Assembly: GCA_030614005.1 (NCBI GenBank) | Contig: JAUWKS010000034.1 | Span: 2,532 to 34,531, forward strand | DNA length: 32,000 bases | Origin: Candidatus Heimdallarchaeota archaeon | GTDB taxonomy: Archaea > Asgardarchaeota > Heimdallarchaeia > JABLTI01 | Direction: 5' to 3' | Shown: positions 1 through 7,405 of the stretch, piece after piece | Layout: the number at the start of each line of letters is the position of its first letter | Numbering within the stretch: the stretch's first letter is position 1 | Translations under genes and position numbers: made by a program | The notes under the pieces: model-generated | Told to the model about the DNA's origin: nothing | The model's input: the letters and a program-made list of their open reading frames with translations, nothing else | Database searches by the model: none

Positions 1-156
1 AAGGACATTTTAAAAATCTCTCTTGGGTCAGTTTCCAACCATCTTAAGTATCTTAAAGAACACGATCTTATTAGTGTTAGTGGTCACCTAAGGAATTTAA
101 CAAACTTGGGCCGATTAGTTAAAGAAATTTTGGAAATTAAAGAATCTATAAAATAG
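1..156 (+). CDS. C-terminal part of a winged helix-turn-helix (ArsR/MarR-like) DNA-binding protein, 5'-truncated by the window edge
   Basis: Not in the ORF track. Frame 1 is open from base 1 to TAG at 154-156: KDILKISLGSVSNHLKYLKEHDLISVSGHLRNLTNLGRLVKEILEIKESIK. This fits the wHTH pattern recognition helix (S-x-x-S-V-S-x-H-L-K-x-L), wing, then L-T-x-x-G. Confidence 0.75.
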   Translation, partial: KDILKISLGSVSNHLKYLKEHDLISVSGHLRNLTNLGRLVKEILEIKESIK

Positions 157-181
157 ATACTTATTCTTTCACTAAAAATGA

Positions 182-294
182 ATTTTCAATATTTATTGAA
201 AATATTGGATATTTCAACTAATTTTGCACAAACCATCTTATTTATAAATAATGTTGAAATATATATATTATACTAAATTAATACAATAAGGTGA
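182..294 (+). promoter_or_regulatory. Promoter/operator region of the 7TM-DENN-Arf-longin operon
   Basis: Inverted repeat ATTTTCAATA-TT-TATTGAAAAT (182-203); inverted pair ATATTTCAAC (209-218) / GTTGAAATAT (253-262); TATA-like palindrome TTATTTATAAATAA (238-251); SD-like AGGTGA (289-294) before GTG at 299. Confidence 0.5.
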
Positions 295-298
295 TAAA

Positions 299-1150
299 GT
301 GGTTACAATTGCTGATTGGTTCAATGTTACAATGGATCTAGAATATTCAAGACTTGTAGGATTAATTTCTTATAGTCTTATTCTCGTTGGAACTTTTATC
401 TTTCAATTCACAATAACAAATAAGATAAGAAGCTCAAATGTTAAAAGTGATTCTTATCGGAGCTTTAGGTTGCTATATGTTGCAGTAGCTATTATTGCAG
501 GGACATATGCATCGGATCATTTAGGAGCATTTCTTGGAGGAAATGTTATGCATTCTCAATTCTCGGTTTTTCTATCTATTATTGGATATACAATTGCTAT
601 TTACGCATTAAACTTGTTCCTTCTTAGAATTATCAATTTTAGATCATCGATTAAACGATTTATTCGTGTTCTTACCGTTATCCAAGTAGGTCTTTTGATT
701 TTTGCTAGTATTGTATATTTACTCGCTAGTTTTATTGAAATGCCAGCATTTTTTGTTGACTATACAGTAATGATCTTTGGTGTAACAGTTATATTTGCTA
801 CGATATTTACAATCATCAGTATGCTAACAGAAGCAAGAAAAACAGCAAATAAAATGGTAAAATTGAGATTAAGATTAGCCGCATTAGGAACTTTAGGTAT
901 TTTACTTGAAGGTGCTGCAAATATTCTCCATATTTTACTTGGAACTTTAGGTGCTGATACTACTAATTATTATCAAATAGGTATTCCACTTCTAGCAGTT
1001 CTTTTCTATTCAATATTCATGTTTAGCTATTATTTCTCATTGTTTCCACCAATGTGGTTACAACAAGCAGGTGGAGTATTACCTCCTAGCTTTACTGACT
1101 TGATGAAGAAACAAGAACAATTAAAACAACTCGGGAGTGCAACTAAATGA
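299..1150 (+). CDS. Stand-alone seven-transmembrane protein (predicted N-out/C-in), putative sensor/receptor; HisKA_7TM-like by appearance
   Basis: Seven hydrophobic segments of about 21-25 aa. Basic loops follow TM1, TM3 and TM5 (NKIRSSNVKSDSYRSFR; NFRSSIKRFIR; EARKTANKMVKLRLR); the alternate loops are short and neutral or acidic. No Lys in TM7. Stop overlaps the next start (ATGA, 1147-1150). Confidence 0.75.
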   Translation: MVTIADWFNVTMDLEYSRLVGLISYSLILVGTFIFQFTITNKIRSSNVKSDSYRSFRLLYVAVAIIAGTYASDHLGAFLGGNVMHSQFSVFLSIIGYTIAIYALNLFLLRIINFRSSIKRFIRVLTVIQVGLLIFASIVYLLASFIEMPAFFVDYTVMIFGVTVIFATIFTIISMLTEARKTANKMVKLRLRLAALGTLGILLEGAANILHILLGTLGADTTNYYQIGIPLLAVLFYSIFMFSYYFSLFPPMWLQQAGGVLPPSFTDLMKKQEQLKQLGSATK

Positions 1151-2040
1151 ATGTTACAAATTTCGCAATAATCGAAATTGGAAGAGAAAAAGGTGCTTCC
1201 GCTTTACACGTATCTGGTTTATCAGATAAAATAATGAAGCGCTTACTTATTGAAGCATTGCCACAAGGAAATCCGGAGAATGAATTCTTCAAGATTGTCA
1301 AAATCGAGGATAATCTATTCATCAGCTCACTCATACTTGCTGACAATGAGGACTCTGGTTTAGCTATGATAATAAAATTAGATTCAGCTTTACAAGAAGT
1401 AAATCCAATAGGCTTTATTGATGGTATGAATAAATTATTGAAATCATTTCTAGCAAACAGCGAAAACATCCCTGATGAATTAGATATTTCTTATCTAAAA
1501 ATCGCTTTATCAGAAAATACTTACGAAAATTTTGATACTATTATCTTCTCAATTCTATCTCAACAAAAGACGCTTGTTGTCGGTGAAAAAGACGAGATTT
1601 CGAGTTTTTTCGCTAACCTCTTTGAATTTATTCCCAATAGTTTAAAAGAATATATTACATTAATTGCTAATTCCACGAACCTCTCAAATAATGTCGCTAT
1701 ACACGCATTAATTGTATCTGATGACGTTCTCAAGATAATTGACAACAAGAAAGGAGAATATACCATACTTTTCCTCCCAACAAAGACAGCTTACGGATCA
1801 TTCAGTTCACCATTCTGTAAAAAAGTTGCTCAATTATTTGCCGAACAAAAGAAGGAGAGCATTAAGGAAGAATTAATTCACTTCTTCAAAATATCAATTG
1901 AATCCGAAGAGATCATTCCAATTGCTGATTTCGCTGCAGAACATAAGCTTGCTCTAGCAGATGCCTCACTTCTTCAAAGGATGCGAGCTGGTTACTTTGA
2001 TATCAAAGTCGAAAAAGGATTCTTTGAACAAACAGAGTAG
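1147..2040 (+). CDS. DENN-like protein (uDENN/longin plus cDENN), putative small-GTPase regulator
   Basis: N-terminal FAIIEIGREKG...LLIEALPQG resembles the uDENN start of AVL9/DENND11-type proteins (F-x-x-x-F-D-x-x-x-G...alPxG). The central NFDTIIFSILSQQKTLVVGEKDEISSFFANLFEFIP resembles the cDENN helix-strand-helix-P motif. Lies next to an Arf-like GTPase. Confidence 0.6.
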   Translation: MNVTNFAIIEIGREKGASALHVSGLSDKIMKRLLIEALPQGNPENEFFKIVKIEDNLFISSLILADNEDSGLAMIIKLDSALQEVNPIGFIDGMNKLLKSFLANSENIPDELDISYLKIALSENTYENFDTIIFSILSQQKTLVVGEKDEISSFFANLFEFIPNSLKEYITLIANSTNLSNNVAIHALIVSDDVLKIIDNKKGEYTILFLPTKTAYGSFSSPFCKKVAQLFAEQKKESIKEELIHFFKISIESEEIIPIADFAAEHKLALADASLLQRMRAGYFDIKVEKGFFEQTE

Positions 2041-2048
2041 GTGATATC

Positions 2049-2633
2049 ATGAGTTGGCTTGGACGAATTTTTAAACGGAAAGCAATAGAACAAAAAGCGA
2101 GCCTTGTTATACTTGGATCAAGTGGAGCAGGGAAAACTACTCTGGTCAGATTTCTTGAAACAGGAGAACCTGTTTTAGAGAATCCTCGTACTACACTAGG
2201 AATTGACATTAGGCAATCACCAATTGAAATTAGTGGTTGGTCATTAACTGCAATAGATGTTGGCGGTCAGGAACTCTATCGCGAAAGCTTATGGAGCTTA
2301 GGTGTTTCACAAGCAAGTGCGGTAATCTATGTCCTTGATGGAACTATTAGAAAAACTATCAATAATGATGCTTTTGAGGTATCCAAATTTTCATTTGATT
2401 ATATGTTAACAATTGTTGAAGAAGATGTTCCAATTCTTATTCTAGTCAATAAACAAGATCTTGTAGAGGAAAATCCACTCACTACACAGGAAGCCATTGA
2501 AATGTATGGAATAAGTAATCTCGTTGGACGATCATTCAACATTTTACCAAGTTCTGCAAAATATGGTAATGGTATTGAATTTGCTATAGAGTGGTTGGTT
2601 GATAAGATCGCAGAGAAAAATATTAAGGAGTAA
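2049..2633 (+). CDS. Arf-family (Arf/Arl-related) small GTPase with N-terminal amphipathic helix
   Basis: G1 GSSGAGKTT, G2 TTLG, G3 DVGGQ followed by an Arf-like LW, G4 NKQDL, G5 SSAK, C-terminal GNGIEFAIEWL (compare Arf1 GDGLYEGLDWL). N-terminus MSWLGRIFKRK. SD AGGTGA at 2039-2044. Confidence 0.9.
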   Translation: MSWLGRIFKRKAIEQKASLVILGSSGAGKTTLVRFLETGEPVLENPRTTLGIDIRQSPIEISGWSLTAIDVGGQELYRESLWSLGVSQASAVIYVLDGTIRKTINNDAFEVSKFSFDYMLTIVEEDVPILILVNKQDLVEENPLTTQEAIEMYGISNLVGRSFNILPSSAKYGNGIEFAIEWLVDKIAEKNIKE

Positions 2634-2640
2634 AAATCAC

Positions 2641-3687
2641 ATGGATCCACTAAAGTTCAACGTATACACATCTCTTTCGTCTCTCACAGACGAAGGAATG
2701 ACTATTTTCTATAATCCCAATATTCCTAATATAGATACAGATGATTTAGTAAAAGTAGCAAATTATTACTCAATTATCTTAAACTTCTCTGAGAGCAAAG
2801 GAGCACTATATGGACCACTACCAATCGCTTATCACACAGAATATCTACTTTATATCTATACTTTTGAAACAACAAATCTACAAGTTCAAGATGAAAGAAT
2901 AAAAAGAGACGGTAGTAGAGTTCCTTCATTTCTTCTCATTTTCTTCCCAACAATTGCAGAAAGTTTTACTACAAGAGCAAGAGGACAAATCTCACGTGAG
3001 ATCTCAAATTGGTTAGAACAATTTAAATCGATTCAAGATTTCAAAGATAAGGATGTTAACAAATTAAATTCTCAAATTGAAGCAGCAATATACAAAGAGC
3101 AAAGTATATTTGCACTAGATGAAATCGAAGAAGCTAACGTTGTTCTTGGAAAGAGTGTTGAACTATTACACAACGTCTTAAAATATCAAGAAAAACCTGT
3201 TAAAATACTCCTGTCAGGAACAGATGATCTTTTATTCTCAATTACTCGAAAAGCTATTTTTGGCAATAACTCATCTTTAGTTTCATATTTCAAAAATGAA
3301 AATAACAAAATTGATTTCAAACTTGGAAAAATTGAAGGTACTATTTTACTAGCTTCTGTCAATACACCAAACCTCCACAAATATCTATCAAAAGACTTGG
3401 ATGGCGTTTTACATTTCGGAAACTTCTCAACACCGGAAAGCACTGATGCACATACAGCTGAATTATCTAAAATAATTAAACAAACATCTCAAGATTGCGT
3501 CATTTCATTTGCTATTTGTCAAACAGATAAACCATTAAAAATCAGTGAGACAAAAATACCAGAAGTACTTCAGGAAGGTGTAGGTCGCACAATTTCTTTA
3601 TTAGATATGGGACAACAGAAGAATACAATAAGTACTACGATCATTGAGTTTCTTGAAAAACTAATAGAGTTAATAGGTAAGAAGTAA
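2641..3687 (+). CDS. Longin/uDENN-like N-terminal domain fused to a degenerate (pseudo) small-GTPase domain, 348 aa
   Basis: Real start is probably ATG 2641 (AGGAG at 2626-2630), not 2599. N-half: SLSSLTDEG...LYGPLPI...YIYTF-loop(DER)-SFLLIFFP. C-half keeps the G-domain secondary-structure order with degenerate motifs: KILLSGTDDLLFS, YLSKDLDGVLHFGNFSTPES, VISFAICQTD. Confidence 0.6.
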   Translation: MDPLKFNVYTSLSSLTDEGMTIFYNPNIPNIDTDDLVKVANYYSIILNFSESKGALYGPLPIAYHTEYLLYIYTFETTNLQVQDERIKRDGSRVPSFLLIFFPTIAESFTTRARGQISREISNWLEQFKSIQDFKDKDVNKLNSQIEAAIYKEQSIFALDEIEEANVVLGKSVELLHNVLKYQEKPVKILLSGTDDLLFSITRKAIFGNNSSLVSYFKNENNKIDFKLGKIEGTILLASVNTPNLHKYLSKDLDGVLHFGNFSTPESTDAHTAELSKIIKQTSQDCVISFAICQTDKPLKISETKIPEVLQEGVGRTISLLDMGQQKNTISTTIIEFLEKLIELIGKK

Positions 3688-3750
3688 TTTCTTCTTATCT
3701 TTATTGACTGCTTTTTTTTAATCTAAATTGAAGATGATAATTACTTCATT

Positions 3751-5031
3751 TTATTCTACTAAATTATTCTCAGCAATTAGATTAGTATCTCCATTATTAA
3801 AATCGTTTACTGACTTTCCTACATATCTTACATCTGTTAATAACCAAAGTAAAGCAGTAACAATTAATCCAATAATAATACAACCAAATAAGACATATCG
3901 AATGCTTGTAACTTCTGCGATAATTCCTGAAACTATCATTGATATAGGCATTGCTGCAACGGAAAGTGAAAAAGCAACTGCTTGGAATCTTCCTTGCATC
4001 TCTTTTGGAACAATAGTATGAAACATCGTTTGAGTAATTACATTCACTATTGGCATTGCAAGACCTAAAATTAGTGCTCCTATCCATAACACCCAGAAAT
4101 AACCCCAGGGTGCTATAGCCATTATTGTATAGCCAACAAAACCGACGAGTATGAAAGTTAGTACTATAACCATTTTTTTCTTGATTTTTCTTAGAAAGAG
4201 CATTGCTAATCCTCCTAACAAGATACCTCCATAGTAGAAAGCAAAAACGTAAGCTAACTGAAATGCATCTCCACTATGATCAAATTTTATGTAATAAGGA
4301 GCTTGAGTGTTTACTGGTGTAATTAGAAAATTGAGTGCTGTTGCGAGAAGTAGTAGGCTTAACAACCCTTTTGTGCTTTTAATAAAACTGAAAACTTCCT
4401 TCAATTCAGTTCGATACGATTGACTCTTAACATCCATTTCTTTGGGTTTTGGAAGAGAGATTATTAATAGAGGAATAATTGCGAAGAGAAATGTTCCTAC
4501 ATCTATCCAGAATATTGGATGTGTTGTTGGGATTCTCTCAACAAGAAGAGCTCCTATTAATGGACCAACTAGATTTACTACTCCATTGAAAACAAAATTG
4601 ACTGAATTCATTTGGTTTAAATTCTCTTCTGGAACCATTTGAGGAATGAGCGATCTTACTGCTGGAGTGTGAAATGCTTGGAGTATACCTCGAACTGCTA
4701 AAATAATGAAAACTGACCAGAGTGGAATAGTTGTATATCTAAAAATCAAAATCAAAGCAATGGTGATAACTGCTTGAAGAAAATCAACAACAGCAATTAA
4801 CCACTTCTTATTCCAACGATCTACCCAGACTCCAGCAAAAGGAGCGATAAGCACAAAGAATCCCATACTAAGAAAAGAAGCTAAACCAAGATAGAATTCA
4901 CTTTCATATTCTATTGTTACCCACCAAATAATGGAAAACGTCACAATTGCTGAGCCGAGTAATGAAATAATTTGTCCTGTCCAGAATAACAAAAAACTAA
5001 GATAGCTTTTTTTTGATGCTTCAAAAGTCAA
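3751..5031 (-). CDS. MFS transporter, DHA3/MefA-like efflux family
   Basis: About 12 TM segments; FWTGQIISLLGS start; motif-A-like AGVWVDRWNKK; QTMFHTIVPKEMQGR in the C-half. Confidence 0.9.
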   Translation of the reverse strand: MTFEASKKSYLSFLLFWTGQIISLLGSAIVTFSIIWWVTIEYESEFYLGLASFLSMGFFVLIAPFAGVWVDRWNKKWLIAVVDFLQAVITIALILIFRYTTIPLWSVFIILAVRGILQAFHTPAVRSLIPQMVPEENLNQMNSVNFVFNGVVNLVGPLIGALLVERIPTTHPIFWIDVGTFLFAIIPLLIISLPKPKEMDVKSQSYRTELKEVFSFIKSTKGLLSLLLLATALNFLITPVNTQAPYYIKFDHSGDAFQLAYVFAFYYGGILLGGLAMLFLRKIKKKMVIVLTFILVGFVGYTIMAIAPWGYFWVLWIGALILGLAMPIVNVITQTMFHTIVPKEMQGRFQAVAFSLSVAAMPISMIVSGIIAEVTSIRYVLFGCIIIGLIVTALLWLLTDVRYVGKSVNDFNNGDTNLIAENNLVE

Positions 5032-6065
5032 AGTTTTTTCCTCAATAAAACAAATTCTCTACCTGGTTTGCCACCAAATCGTTTTGCTAATAATTGTGGT
5101 GGAAGATTTGTCTTCATAATAATGGAACCTTCAACATATTGATAATTCTTTTTTAGTAGATTTTCCATTAGCACACTGCTCATTGCAGAGGCAATATTTT
5201 TTTTATGGCTACTCGGTAATGTTCCTATAGATATTATTCTCGCCCTGTCTATTTTTCCTTCTTTTACTTTCTGATAATAATCTGGTGCACAAATTATAAA
5301 CCCAATTGGTTCTCCACTATCTGTTTCCGCAATAATTACTAATTCATCATCCATTAGAGGCAAGAATGCTTTTACGTAAGCTGTATTTTCTTCCAGCGTT
5401 CGGGGAATATAGTCATATCTTTTTCCGAAAATTTTGTTCGTTAGGTAATGATAAATAGCTATTTCTTTCTCAAGGTTTGCTCTGTCAAAAGTGCGTATTT
5501 TCACTCCAGCTACTTCATATTTCTTCTCAAGATAGGTTTCTCGAGTATAAATAATAGATGTGATATTTAGATAGACTTTGAAACCATATTTCTTAAGATA
5601 TTTAAAATAATAATCAGGATTGTGCGATGTTAAGAGTGTGTGAGGTTTATCGAACCCATTAACCAGTAATCCAAAATATCGATTATCTAGTTTTGGTAAA
5701 ATAATCTCTTTTACGTTTTCAATTCGAAAAATTTCAGCACAATAATCAAGAATTGATTTTAAAGATACGAATTCTCCTTCTAGAACTTCAATATAACATA
5801 TCCAACCAATCTTGTTGTTTTTCTTGTCTTTTGCTTTTGGGTGTAAAATAGCCACTGCTCGAGCTAAAGGTTTATCATTTTCATTTAATGCAATTATTGG
5901 CCAGGTTCGAATCTCAGTTTTATTTGTCGAAAAATTAAATTGTTTCTTTATTTCTTCTGGATTCTCAGGAAACCATATTGGATCGTTTTTATAAATTTCA
6001 GAAGGGAGATTGAAGAAGTAATTTATATTTTCATCTTCAAGATTTTTAATTTCAACTATTTTCAT
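5028..6065 (-). CDS. Tandem-GNAT acyltransferase, YghO / bacterial ceramide synthase-like family
   Basis: Family-typical segments FNLPSEIYKNDPIW, GLLVNGFD, HNPDYY..LKKYGF, IIAETDSGEPIGFIICAPDY, IISIGTLP, VEGSIIMKTN...KRFGG. Stop overlaps the MFS start (ATGA). Confidence 0.75.
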   Translation of the reverse strand: MKIVEIKNLEDENINYFFNLPSEIYKNDPIWFPENPEEIKKQFNFSTNKTEIRTWPIIALNENDKPLARAVAILHPKAKDKKNNKIGWICYIEVLEGEFVSLKSILDYCAEIFRIENVKEIILPKLDNRYFGLLVNGFDKPHTLLTSHNPDYYFKYLKKYGFKVYLNITSIIYTRETYLEKKYEVAGVKIRTFDRANLEKEIAIYHYLTNKIFGKRYDYIPRTLEENTAYVKAFLPLMDDELVIIAETDSGEPIGFIICAPDYYQKVKEGKIDRARIISIGTLPSSHKKNIASAMSSVLMENLLKKNYQYVEGSIIMKTNLPPQLLAKRFGGKPGREFVLLRKKL

Positions 6066-7386
6066 TTTGGAACCTTCTAATTACTCGTATCAATTTCTTG
6101 GATCTAGGATTTCTCTCAGGTTTCTCCGTTGAGAATTCAACATTCCCTAGTTCAGCATTTAATTTCTCAACCCAGAAATTTAGATTCTCAATGATTTTCT
6201 TTTCAATAGCCTCTCTGTTCTTTTCACTCTTCAAGACGATTCTAATTTCTATTTTATCCATTGCTTTCTGGATTGCTTGATATTCTTCTATTTCCTGAGA
6301 AGCTTGATTTATCGACCTTCTCACATAATCTGGAAAAAGATAGCTTATTTCTCCATTACTGTTTTGCAGATGGAAGATATCATCAGAGCGCCCGTGAATT
6401 TTTTCAATAACTCTAAAACAAGAACCACAGTTGCATTTTGCTTCTTGCAACTCAATGATGTCATTCATCTCATAACGGATAATTGGTTGGGTTGTTCGGT
6501 ATAGATCTGTAATGAGCAAATTTTTTGCATTCCCTATTTTATCACCTACATCTAACGTTTCAATGAGTAAAACATCTTCATTTAGATGTAAGCTACCACA
6601 TCTACAAGTTGAAGCAATAAAACCCTCAGCACCTTGATAAATTTCTACGATAGGTACTTCATAAATTTCTTCCAACTTCTCTCGAGTAGCTTTTGATAGT
6701 ACTTCTGCATAAGAAATAACTGCCTTAATAGGATGGTCAATTTGATCCTTCTTACCGCTAATGATTACTAATAAAGATGGGGGACCAGAAAGAATGTTTA
6801 ATTTCTTGGAGTTGATGAGTTTAATTATTTCTTCAACAGATAAAGTATAATCAATGTAAACTAAATGAATGCCAAAATTACTTATTTCATTAAAAGTAGG
6901 GTTATTTCTACGAAGAGCAAAAAGAATTCTTCTATTTTTAACTGATTTTGGAATACCATTTCTAGAGAACAATAAACAATTGTACAAATCGCTTTCATTT
7001 TGAGAAAGAACGGTGAGAGCTTTATTCCCAGAAGTGCCTGAAGAAAGTCCTATAGAATATTCTCCTTGAAACCTTGAGTATTGTCCTTTCTTTTCTTGAG
7101 CAATTGTGTAAGCAACTAAATCTTCTTTCCGTAAATTTCTAGTATTGATCAAATCGAAATTGTCCATCATTTCACTTTTAGTCATTATTGGTATTTGTTC
7201 AAGTGAGATTTCATCCGAACCGGAAAAAAGATTAGCATAATATTCAGAATTCTTTCGACTAAATTCGATTATTTTTTTCAATTGTTTTTTTTGATGTGCT
7301 TCTAGTTTCTCTCTATTCCATTTGTAGAATTGTTGTTGCAGTTTTCGTATATTGAATAATTTCTGAATAATGTTCATTTTAGACAT
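6052..7386 (-). CDS. Adenylate-forming ligase, phenylacetate-CoA ligase (PaaK)/F390-synthetase-like
   Basis: ANL motifs LSSGTSGNK, EIYQGAEG, PIIRYEMND, IHGRSDD. Probable start ATG 7386 (the track extends to TTG 7419, inside the upstream gene). Confidence 0.85.
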   Translation of the reverse strand: MSKMNIIQKLFNIRKLQQQFYKWNREKLEAHQKKQLKKIIEFSRKNSEYYANLFSGSDEISLEQIPIMTKSEMMDNFDLINTRNLRKEDLVAYTIAQEKKGQYSRFQGEYSIGLSSGTSGNKALTVLSQNESDLYNCLLFSRNGIPKSVKNRRILFALRRNNPTFNEISNFGIHLVYIDYTLSVEEIIKLINSKKLNILSGPPSLLVIISGKKDQIDHPIKAVISYAEVLSKATREKLEEIYEVPIVEIYQGAEGFIASTCRCGSLHLNEDVLLIETLDVGDKIGNAKNLLITDLYRTTQPIIRYEMNDIIELQEAKCNCGSCFRVIEKIHGRSDDIFHLQNSNGEISYLFPDYVRRSINQASQEIEEYQAIQKAMDKIEIRIVLKSEKNREAIEKKIIENLNFWVEKLNAELGNVEFSTEKPERNPRSKKLIRVIRRFQNENS

Positions 7387-7405
7387 CACACATTTTCTGT
7401 TATGG

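Noticed and set aside
299-1150. 7TM protein as a rhodopsin or a bona fide GPCR
   Set aside because: No retinal-binding Lys in TM7; no DRY, NPxxY or CWxP motifs. Only the topology is GPCR-like.
2599-2640. ORF-track N-terminal extension of the longin/pseudo-GTPase gene
   Set aside because: Overlaps the GTPase 3' end by 35 nt; ATG 2641 has a proper SD (AGGAG).
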